This document shows positions 47,484 through 55,538 of a stretch of DNA of 64,000 nt, in pieces. Below the pieces are notes generated by a model. That model did no database searches. It saw only the letters and a program-made list of their open reading frames with translations, and had not been told where the DNA came from. The number at the start of each line of letters is the position of its first letter. Position 1 is the first letter of the stretch. The translations under genes and the position numbers were made by a program. This DNA comes from an uncultured Muribaculaceae bacterium (GTDB lineage: Bacteria > Bacteroidota > Bacteroidia > Bacteroidales > UBA932): positions 13,369 through 77,368 of the forward strand of contig CAZYCJ010000001.1 in assembly GCA_964645495.1 (NCBI GenBank), given 5' to 3'.

Positions 47484-48845
47484 ATGAAAGGCTTGTTTGG
47501 TTTGATGTTATCGCTTCTGATGCTTGCCGGTTGTGACGAGTCGGTTTCCGGTGATGGTATAGTGTTGGAAGTCAAGGTCGATACTCCCGTGGCAAAGGAA
47601 GTCGTGGTGGTGTGTCACAACAATATTGAGGTGTTCCCTCTTGACGGGAATGGGGAAGCATCTGTCATCCTTAACGGACTGGATGCCGCATATCTCAGGC
47701 TCTTTCATGGACGTGAGTCCATACAACTGTATGTGGAGGATGGCGACCGGGTGTCTTTGAGTTTCCGTGGGGACGATCTCGCGGGGTCGTTCACATATGT
47801 GGGAGGAAAGGCTGATGCAGTGAAATATCTCAACAGCGTTTCGCTGATTCCTCTTCCGGACGAAGATTACGCCTTGCCTTTTGAGGAATATGTGGCCCGT
47901 CTGGACAGAAGGGAGCAGGATGCTCTGAACATACTCAAGGCGAACAGACTTGAAGATGATGGCTCCTTCGTCCGCAAGGAGGAAGGAAGGATAAGGTATT
48001 CCTACGGCGCTCAACTGCTTATGTATCCTGTAGGTCATATGATCATGTCCGGTGACATGTCTTACATGCCTGAACAGGCCTATTATGACCATGTGGCTTC
48101 CTATGCGGTTGAGGATGCTTTTCTGGCCGGAGTCGATGAGTATCGCGATTTCGTTGCCGAGGCGATGCATATCCTTGACCCGGAGGGGAGAAAACTCACT
48201 GATATCTATCCTAAGACTGTGGCGCAGATGAAGTATTCTGCCGCAAACCTGTCGGATACGAAGGTACGGGAGGTAATCATGCATCATATCGCTTCGGCTT
48301 ATGTGGATAATTTCGGAGTGAAGGATATCGCTGAAATGGAAAACCTGTATCATACTTATGTCAAGGATACTTCTCTTGTCGCGCAGTACAGGAAGAAGCA
48401 GGAAAGGTGGGATTTGTCCCGTCCGGGCAGACGTTCTCCTGACTTCAGGGCGGTGGATCTGAGCGGTAATGAATATACGCTTAAGGATTTTCGTGGAAAG
48501 TATGTGTATATCGACATGTGGGCTACATGGTGCAGTCCGTGCAGAAGGGAGATGCCTTATCTGAAGACTCTCGAGGAACAGTTTGCAGATGCGCATATTG
48601 TGTTCCTCGGACTTTCTGTGGATAAGGACAAGGCGGCATGGGAGAAGATGGTAGGCGAAGGAAACATGACAGGAGTACAACTCTATCTTGGACCACAGAG
48701 CAGTTTCATGGATGCATACAGGGTGGAGGGAATTCCGAGATTCATCCTTCTGGACAAGGAAGGACGGATCATAAGCAATGATATGTCGCGCCCGTCCGAG
48801 GAGGCTACAGCCGTCACTCTGGGACAGTTGGAAGGTATCAGATAA
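47484..48845 (+). CDS. Lipoprotein with C-terminal TlpA/AhpC-TSA thioredoxin domain
   Basis: Lipobox LAG-C; YIDMWATWCSPCRREMP, LSVD, GIPRFILLD. Confidence 0.9.
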   Translation: MKGLFGLMLSLLMLAGCDESVSGDGIVLEVKVDTPVAKEVVVVCHNNIEVFPLDGNGEASVILNGLDAAYLRLFHGRESIQLYVEDGDRVSLSFRGDDLAGSFTYVGGKADAVKYLNSVSLIPLPDEDYALPFEEYVARLDRREQDALNILKANRLEDDGSFVRKEEGRIRYSYGAQLLMYPVGHMIMSGDMSYMPEQAYYDHVASYAVEDAFLAGVDEYRDFVAEAMHILDPEGRKLTDIYPKTVAQMKYSAANLSDTKVREVIMHHIASAYVDNFGVKDIAEMENLYHTYVKDTSLVAQYRKKQERWDLSRPGRRSPDFRAVDLSGNEYTLKDFRGKYVYIDMWATWCSPCRREMPYLKTLEEQFADAHIVFLGLSVDKDKAAWEKMVGEGNMTGVQLYLGPQSSFMDAYRVEGIPRFILLDKEGRIISNDMSRPSEEATAVTLGQLEGIR

Positions 48846-48866
48846 TGAAAGTAAAATATTGATGAT

Positions 48867-50195
48867 ATGAAACGTTTGATTATTCTTATGATGCTTGCCA
48901 CCCTTTGGGCATGTGACAAGTCTGCTCCGGAAAACGGAGGAACAGAAAACGGAGGGGGATCTTCCTCTGAATGTGTAATACCTTCGACTGCACAGGCCGG
49001 TAAGGAGGTGATCATCCAGTGGGATGGTTTTGTGCAAGGGGCAGACATTATCCTTGTGTCTGCTGATGGTAAGGAATATGATATGGATGTCCGCGGAGTG
49101 ACTTCGTCCGGACTGACTTTCAAGATTCCTTCAAATGTACCTGCAGGAGTCTATAAGGTCAGACTTGTGCAGGACGGTACAAAGGAACTCGGACAGATCA
49201 CTGTTACCGCTGCATCTATGCCTGTGACAGGACTTAAGGTGCCTTCTGGTGCCACACAGGGCGATCAGGTGATAATTGCTGGAGCGGGATTCGAAACCGG
49301 CTGTTCGGTGAAGTTCACTGGAGCATCGGGAGAGGAGATCACTCTCGAGGCTTCGGTCATCAGCAGCGGTATTTCGATAGACATTCCTGAAGATATGCCT
49401 GCAGGCGCGTATGTGGTATATCTTGTCCAGGACGGAACGTCGTGGGTGATGGCAGAGAACTTTATGATATATGAGGAACTGGTGATGAAGACTCTTGTGC
49501 GGATAGAATATGATACTCCTTATGTAGGAACTGCCATGTTGAGGTATTCGTGGGATATATCTTATGGTGATCCGGTCACACTGACCTTGTCAGAATATGT
49601 TGTGGAAGGGGAAGAGGCTTCTCTTGAGGCGTATGACAAGTATGTGTGTGATGTTACTCTTTCCGCGATAGAACTGGCTGAAGACGGCCGTGAGCAGTCA
49701 AATGATATGGAAATGACCTACGACCGTAATGCTGAGTCCGGGTTCCCTGATGCATCGGACGTCCTGATTTATGGGAAAGAAGAACCGACTCGTTTCACCT
49801 GGACATATAATTCAGATGGTTTCCTTACAGACATCTCATCTCCAAGCCGCTCTTTCTGCGTTTTGGAATATTCCGACGGAAATCTCATCAGATTCAGAAA
49901 CACCGGTTTCAAGTACGAGAATCCGGGACTCGTCAATCATCCGGGTGCTGCCGATGTTGCGTGGGGTTATATGTCCATGATGGAAATCAATGATCCGTTT
50001 GTCTATTTTCCATATCTTCTCGGATGGTATGATCTTGATTCGGCCCTGCTGCCTTCTTCTGTCACTGTTCCTGATCCGGAAGATCCGACGGGAACAGGTA
50101 CTGTCGACTATCCTTTTTCATACGAGTTTGATGAAGACGGCTATGTAATCTCCATGGCATGGGATACAAATAAAATCGGATACTTCTACGAATAG
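48867..50195 (+). CDS. Lipoprotein with two tandem IPT/TIG-like domains and a beta-rich C-terminal domain
   Basis: Lipobox LWA-C; two repeats ending SSG...IP...PAG.Y.V.LVQDG; Y.YNSDG and YEFDEDGY motifs. Confidence 0.72.
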   Translation: MKRLIILMMLATLWACDKSAPENGGTENGGGSSSECVIPSTAQAGKEVIIQWDGFVQGADIILVSADGKEYDMDVRGVTSSGLTFKIPSNVPAGVYKVRLVQDGTKELGQITVTAASMPVTGLKVPSGATQGDQVIIAGAGFETGCSVKFTGASGEEITLEASVISSGISIDIPEDMPAGAYVVYLVQDGTSWVMAENFMIYEELVMKTLVRIEYDTPYVGTAMLRYSWDISYGDPVTLTLSEYVVEGEEASLEAYDKYVCDVTLSAIELAEDGREQSNDMEMTYDRNAESGFPDASDVLIYGKEEPTRFTWTYNSDGFLTDISSPSRSFCVLEYSDGNLIRFRNTGFKYENPGLVNHPGAADVAWGYMSMMEINDPFVYFPYLLGWYDLDSALLPSSVTVPDPEDPTGTGTVDYPFSYEFDEDGYVISMAWDTNKIGYFYE

Positions 50196-50213
50196 AAGTA
50201 TCCGATCTCAAAC

Positions 50214-52415
50214 TTACTTGCCGTAACTGTTTACGAAGTTGATCGCCGGAGCCGCCTGGTCTTTTGTGAGTGTGAACTTCTTACGGTAGATGGTGGTATA
50301 ATTTCCATCAGGATCTATAGCCATTGCTGCTATCATGAGAGGTGTGTTCCATAGTCCTCTGAAGTATTGTGATGTCGATGATGACCATCCTATTCTGAAG
50401 AGTTGGTCGTACAGCATGCTGTCCGGATGTTTTTCAGGATCCTCAAGTCCGTCTTCGTAAGTGAAGATAGTGTAGTAGTATTCTGCATATTCTCCGTCAA
50501 TCTCGATTTTCAGAGGCAGCCATGGGTAACCTGCCATTCCACCAAACTTGTCAGGCTCGATCTGAGCGATCTCGTCACCGTCGTAGAATTCGTGGAATCC
50601 GCATGTTACTGTGGTCTTTGAAATCTTTGCTTCTGGAGTTGTGAAGGTTTCGCTGAAATGTACAAGACTCTTGAATTCCAGACTTTCTGCATCCCTGTCG
50701 ATGAGGATGGCTGCAATCCTATATGAAGTGCTTGGCGTGAGATAGTTCAGGTATCCATGATCATCAGAGATGGTCAGTTCGCTGCTGAATTCCCACATGT
50801 CTCCATAATACTCTCCGTTGAACTTTTCCTTGATTGCACTCTTGATCATGTTTGCTGTCATTTCGGCAGGGAAGATGTCCCAATAATAGTAGTGACCCTT
50901 GTCAGAAGGGAGTACTGTGACTTCGGCGCTGGTGGTCTTCAGGTTGCTGATTTCAAATTCAAATGTACATTCTTCGGCAGCACCAAGCGGAAGGGTCTTG
51001 ACTTTCTGTATCTGGACATCTGTAGTCAAGGCTCCGGACTTGTAGCCGAAAGTCACTACATTGTATTCGGTATCAGGCTTGAGTTCCTTGAAGTCTCCTC
51101 CCATGTTGCCGTTGCTTACGTAACTCCATATATAGAAGGTGCCGAGCCAGTCGTAGAAATAATGGAAGACCGCATCGTCATCTTCAAGATTTACTTCAGC
51201 CATGTCTGATACGGGCTCTGCGAGGAGGAAGTAAGGATCACTGTTGGTTGTCGTTGTCTCGACGTGGAATGAACTCTGGGTGATGTCGCTGATTGTCACG
51301 GTGATCTGATTTGCTGAAGGAGCTACATCTCCTGTAGTATGCTCAGCTATGGCTACATCACCGATGACATTGCATTCCTTGTCCCATTTGAAAGCATAGA
51401 ATATGTAGTCAGTGTGGACGATTCCTTCAAATGTACTGTTTGCCTGATTCTTTGTCGTGTTGTTTTCGAAGAAGTCTTCTTTCGATGAATAATCTCCGTA
51501 TGAAAGATATTCTTCAATTTTTGCAGTCAGCCATGCCGTTACGGCCTCCTGTGTGTTGTCTCCGTATTTTTCGGCCTCTTCAGGGGTGATCATGTTCCAA
51601 TAGTAGTCCACTCCGTCATGTGACGGAGTTACAGTCACATCCATGATGGCGTCAGTCTCCTTTATGTCGAATTCAAAGGTGATAGGGCCGTCATATGGTT
51701 CCTTAGTTGTTATGCCGGCTGTGTAGAGCGCGGTAGTCCTTTCTCCTTCTGCGGATATACCGTAGACATAGAGGATATATTCGCTGAGAGGATCAAGGCC
51801 TTTATATGTAAGGTTGTCCTTTGACCCTTTGATCATGATTCCGGCAAGGTATTCCGAGAGCGATACGCCATAGTAGTTCGCTTCAGACGCAAAATACGCC
51901 AGATCAGCCTCGAATATTGCCTGATCTCCGTCGTATGACTCATACCATTCTTTTCCGACGATCTGACCTATCCATGTCATGTCTTCGGATGAAGTCTTCA
52001 CTGAGAATTTCACGGATGTCGCGTCTGTCTCATGAATGGTCAATGTGACAGGGGCATTCCACTGCTCCTGGCTTATGGATATTTCCTGCTCTTCGGCTCC
52101 TTTGTAAGTTACCTTGATCTTTGCAGTCCTGAGGGCTCCTGTGTCGTTCTTGCCTGCTGAGAATTCGATGACTCTGGCCTTGACTGAAAGGTTTTCGATC
52201 CACGAGGCCTCGCATGTCGCCTCTGGAGAGACCCCCTCTACGGGATTCTCGACCTGATATGCAACCTTTCTTTCTTCACCTTCAGGACTGATGGTGATGT
52301 CTTGCTCTGCGACCTGTATCACCGGACTCTTCTGCTCCGGTGCAGGTTCTTCCTGACACGATGCCAGACATGCTGCGAAAGCAGCGATTACTGATAGATA
52401 CTTCGGGAATTTCAT
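50214..52415 (-). CDS. BACON-domain lipoprotein with FN3-like repeats
   Basis: Lipobox LAS-C; ASWI...NDTGALRTAKI...ISQ (BACON); GLDPLSEY, LKPDTEY, LTPSTSY repeats; start at MKFPKY. Confidence 0.8.
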   Translation of the reverse strand: MKFPKYLSVIAAFAACLASCQEEPAPEQKSPVIQVAEQDITISPEGEERKVAYQVENPVEGVSPEATCEASWIENLSVKARVIEFSAGKNDTGALRTAKIKVTYKGAEEQEISISQEQWNAPVTLTIHETDATSVKFSVKTSSEDMTWIGQIVGKEWYESYDGDQAIFEADLAYFASEANYYGVSLSEYLAGIMIKGSKDNLTYKGLDPLSEYILYVYGISAEGERTTALYTAGITTKEPYDGPITFEFDIKETDAIMDVTVTPSHDGVDYYWNMITPEEAEKYGDNTQEAVTAWLTAKIEEYLSYGDYSSKEDFFENNTTKNQANSTFEGIVHTDYIFYAFKWDKECNVIGDVAIAEHTTGDVAPSANQITVTISDITQSSFHVETTTTNSDPYFLLAEPVSDMAEVNLEDDDAVFHYFYDWLGTFYIWSYVSNGNMGGDFKELKPDTEYNVVTFGYKSGALTTDVQIQKVKTLPLGAAEECTFEFEISNLKTTSAEVTVLPSDKGHYYYWDIFPAEMTANMIKSAIKEKFNGEYYGDMWEFSSELTISDDHGYLNYLTPSTSYRIAAILIDRDAESLEFKSLVHFSETFTTPEAKISKTTVTCGFHEFYDGDEIAQIEPDKFGGMAGYPWLPLKIEIDGEYAEYYYTIFTYEDGLEDPEKHPDSMLYDQLFRIGWSSSTSQYFRGLWNTPLMIAAMAIDPDGNYTTIYRKKFTLTKDQAAPAINFVNSYGK

Positions 52416-52426
52416 TGCTTGTGTGT

Positions 52427-53545
52427 TTATCTGTATTCGTATGATGCTGACTCTCCGACCTTGCATACTGTGCAGTTTACAATGTCATATACATCGCCTG
52501 AGGCGTCTTTCTCTGTGATGAAGACCATGACTTTGCAGTTCTCTGATTTCCATCCCTCCTCAAGAGAAAGTCTGAAAAGCATGTCTTTCTTGTTTCCTGC
52601 CTTCACTTCACCGAGGGATATTCCATAGACGCATTCCGTCTGTCTGCTTCCGTACATTGCTCTGAGGGCGTTGTTATGAGTATGATGCCAGTTTTCTGTG
52701 GCGCCGTACTGGGTGGCGAAGATGTTGTCTTCAAGCAGCCATGCTCCGATGCGGTATGTACCGTCTTTGCTGAACTTGAATTCAGCATTGACCACGACTT
52801 CGCCATCGGCTGCTTCTGCTGCTGCGGCTATTCCTGCATGGACTGCTTCCTTCCTGTGGCTGTCGATCTCCCGGCATATTTCTTTGTAGTCATATCCCGT
52901 GTTTTTGTTAGTGAGGTTGAATGTGAGTTCGGGATATGCGCCGCTGTTGAATAATGATGAAACGGTCTTGGCTGCGGAAGAGTAGGCTGCGTCATTCAAT
53001 CCGTCGTAGTAAGCATGTGATGCCACGAGGCAGTATGATGAATTGTACTCTTCATCCTCTGACAGGGTCTTTAAAGAGGTCATCATCTTTGGACAGTTAG
53101 GACATGTCGCACCTGTATGCTGTATGAGAAGCATGCGGTGATGGAACGAGGTTCCGTCTTTTTCCGGATCTGAAGGGATTTCGGGAATGACGGAGATTGC
53201 CGATACCGTGACTTCATCGGAGACGTTCAGCCCATAGGCTGCGTAGAAGGTGTACTCACCTTTTGACGTTGTGCTGAACCTGTCGCTGCCAAGAAGTTTG
53301 TCTGACTCTGTGAAATAGATTTCCGCCTTGTCTGTCACGTCCTTTGCCTCCGAGCCCTCCATGAAGGTCACTGTAAATGTGGCAGCATCGTTTCCGTCTG
53401 CGCAGATAGCGGTCTTGTCTGCCGAGATGGTGAGTTTGCCTTTAGGAATATCTGTCTGTCCGTCGTTGTTGTCAGTCTGGCCGGATTCCGCACATCCTGA
53501 CATCAGAATGACGGAGATAATCGATAAGATTTTCGTTGTTTTCAT
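52427..53545 (-). CDS. Omp28-related CxxC lipoprotein
   Basis: Lipobox MSG-C; ADKTAICADG; HTGATCPNCP, AYP, LLEDNI..Q, HNNALR. Confidence 0.85.
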   Translation of the reverse strand: MKTTKILSIISVILMSGCAESGQTDNNDGQTDIPKGKLTISADKTAICADGNDAATFTVTFMEGSEAKDVTDKAEIYFTESDKLLGSDRFSTTSKGEYTFYAAYGLNVSDEVTVSAISVIPEIPSDPEKDGTSFHHRMLLIQHTGATCPNCPKMMTSLKTLSEDEEYNSSYCLVASHAYYDGLNDAAYSSAAKTVSSLFNSGAYPELTFNLTNKNTGYDYKEICREIDSHRKEAVHAGIAAAAEAADGEVVVNAEFKFSKDGTYRIGAWLLEDNIFATQYGATENWHHTHNNALRAMYGSRQTECVYGISLGEVKAGNKKDMLFRLSLEEGWKSENCKVMVFITEKDASGDVYDIVNCTVCKVGESASYEYR

Positions 53546-53567
53546 AAATGAAATTTTAATTTTACAG

Positions 53568-53638
53568 CAAAATTAGCATGATGTGAGTTGTTTTGCAAGG
53601 AAAAAGATACTATTAATGACTTTTTTCTCGTATATTTG
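53568..53638. promoter_or_regulatory. Divergent -7 promoter boxes (Omp28 operon -, 53568-53575; S41 operon +, 53631-53638)
   Basis: TAATTTTG (minus) and TATATTTG (plus). Confidence 0.6.
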
Positions 53639-53664
53639 AAAATTTAAATCTGAATCTGACCATT

Positions 53665-55527
53665 ATGCATGTCAATAGATATCTGGCGGTTGCCATCATC
53701 GCACTTTTAACATTTGCTTCTTGTAACGAAGGACCTGCTGATACGCAAGGTCCGGATAACGATAAGGAACAGACGGAAGGAGATACTCAGCCTTTGTCCG
53801 ATATCGTGAATCCTTATGCGGAAAAGAAGGTGTCCTACCGTGGTGCCACTGTGACGGTGAAGTTTGATCCCGTCGCTTCCTGGACCGCTTCCCTGAAGAT
53901 GCTTTCACAGACAGAGGCGGACTGGGTGAAATTGATCGCATCCTCGGCAAGCGGTGATGCTAAAAAGGGGAGCGCAATAAAGATTGACTTTGAAAAGAAT
54001 GATACTGCAGAGGAACGCTTTGTGGAAGTGTGGGTTACCGTGGAGGGTTTTGATGCCGTGAAAGCGGCTGTTCTGACTCAGGCGGCCAGCGGTGTCAGCG
54101 TGGATGCTGAACTGAATGAGACCCTTAATGCCTATATGCATGGTATTCTTGAGAAGGACTACCTCTTCAAGGATGCCTACAATGCTCAGGAAGTCGACCT
54201 GACTGTAAGTTACGCAGACTTCCTTTCCACTCATCTGCTGTCGCTGGATGAGGCTAATGTCGAGGATGGCGGATACTATCGTGCCACTTATGGTAGTCTT
54301 GCCGGTACCCGTTTCATCTATACCAACATTGCCGAAGTACAGGCTGGAACCAAGGCTGTTCAGACAGGGGGACTTGGATTCGGACCGTTCATCTCCACTG
54401 CCCTGACTCAGGGATCGACAGACATGGCCATTGCACCATCATATGTCAGGCGTGGCTCTCCTGCCGAGGCTGCAGGACTTAGAAGGGGAGACCTTATATA
54501 TGCAGTGAATGGTGTGAGACTTACCACCGGTACCTACAAGAATTATTTTGACGGTCTGTATGCGAATCCGTCAGGCTCATATACATTCTCATTTCTCAGA
54601 TTCGAGGCTAATGACAAGGGAGGGTATGACCTTAATGCATATGAATCAGGTGTCGCTACAGCAGGCGCTCATGTATATGATCCCGTACTTCATGCTTCTG
54701 TGCTGAGTGACCCGGATGACGAGTCGGTGAAGGTCGGCTATCTTGTCTATGAGACTTTTGATCTCGATTCGCATGAGTTTCTTAAGGAAACCATCCAGGA
54801 TTTTGTGGAAGCAGGTATAACTGATCTGGTTCTTGACCTCAGGTTCAATGCAGGAGGGGCGGTGGCCCAGAGCAGGTGGCTTTCAGGCTGCATCGCAGGT
54901 CATGCAAACTGGGACAAGACATTCACCAAAGTCGTCTATAACGATGGAGTTACGGAGGACTGGAAGTTCAACTATGGGTATAATAACGATACAGACAATC
55001 TCGGCCTTCCGATAGATCTCAGCCTTGAACGCCTCTTCGTCATAACTTCATATAATACCGCTTCTGCTGCGGAATTGGTGATAAGTTCTCTCAGAGGTAT
55101 CGATTTCCCTGTTAAGATGATAGGGGTGCGTACGGAAGGGAAGAATGTCGGAATGACAGTTTCAGAGACCACCTGCAAGGGAAGGAGATTCATTTTCTCC
55201 CCTGTCACATTCTATGTCATGAATGCCAAGGACTGGGGCGATTATAAGGATGGCATCGAGGTTGATGAGGCCGTGAACAATGACAACGGTATCGCCGAGC
55301 CTCATCTGGAAGCAGATGATGTCTTCCCGTATTCTTTCTCGGATTGGGGCAATATGGACTATAACATCGCACTTCAGTGGGCATATTGTGAGATCACAGG
55401 CAAAGACAGATGGAAGGATACGCCTCGTACCAAGGCTGCTGTTGAATATTGTCTGAGACCGCTTGACTTCCAGCCGCTGATATTGCCATGCGGACGTTAC
55501 GGAAACCTTATTCATGAAAAACAATAA
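53665..55527 (+). CDS. S41 family peptidase lipoprotein (BACON + PDZ + S41)
   Basis: GSPAEAAGLRRGD (PDZ), VGYLVY, LVLDLRFNAGG, TASAAE (catalytic Ser), GKNVG. Confidence 0.9.
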   Translation: MHVNRYLAVAIIALLTFASCNEGPADTQGPDNDKEQTEGDTQPLSDIVNPYAEKKVSYRGATVTVKFDPVASWTASLKMLSQTEADWVKLIASSASGDAKKGSAIKIDFEKNDTAEERFVEVWVTVEGFDAVKAAVLTQAASGVSVDAELNETLNAYMHGILEKDYLFKDAYNAQEVDLTVSYADFLSTHLLSLDEANVEDGGYYRATYGSLAGTRFIYTNIAEVQAGTKAVQTGGLGFGPFISTALTQGSTDMAIAPSYVRRGSPAEAAGLRRGDLIYAVNGVRLTTGTYKNYFDGLYANPSGSYTFSFLRFEANDKGGYDLNAYESGVATAGAHVYDPVLHASVLSDPDDESVKVGYLVYETFDLDSHEFLKETIQDFVEAGITDLVLDLRFNAGGAVAQSRWLSGCIAGHANWDKTFTKVVYNDGVTEDWKFNYGYNNDTDNLGLPIDLSLERLFVITSYNTASAAELVISSLRGIDFPVKMIGVRTEGKNVGMTVSETTCKGRRFIFSPVTFYVMNAKDWGDYKDGIEVDEAVNNDNGIAEPHLEADDVFPYSFSDWGNMDYNIALQWAYCEITGKDRWKDTPRTKAAVEYCLRPLDFQPLILPCGRYGNLIHEKQ

Positions 55528-55538
55528 TTTCAAAGCAT

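Noticed and set aside
47508..49037. 509-aa antisense ORF
   Set aside because: Lies opposite two well-supported lipoprotein genes and has the H/I/R-rich composition of a codon-bias shadow, with no motifs.
24492..53545. Selenocysteine (CxxU/UxxC) in the thioredoxin-like proteins
   Set aside because: All seven motifs use Cys codons and the ORFs are uninterrupted.
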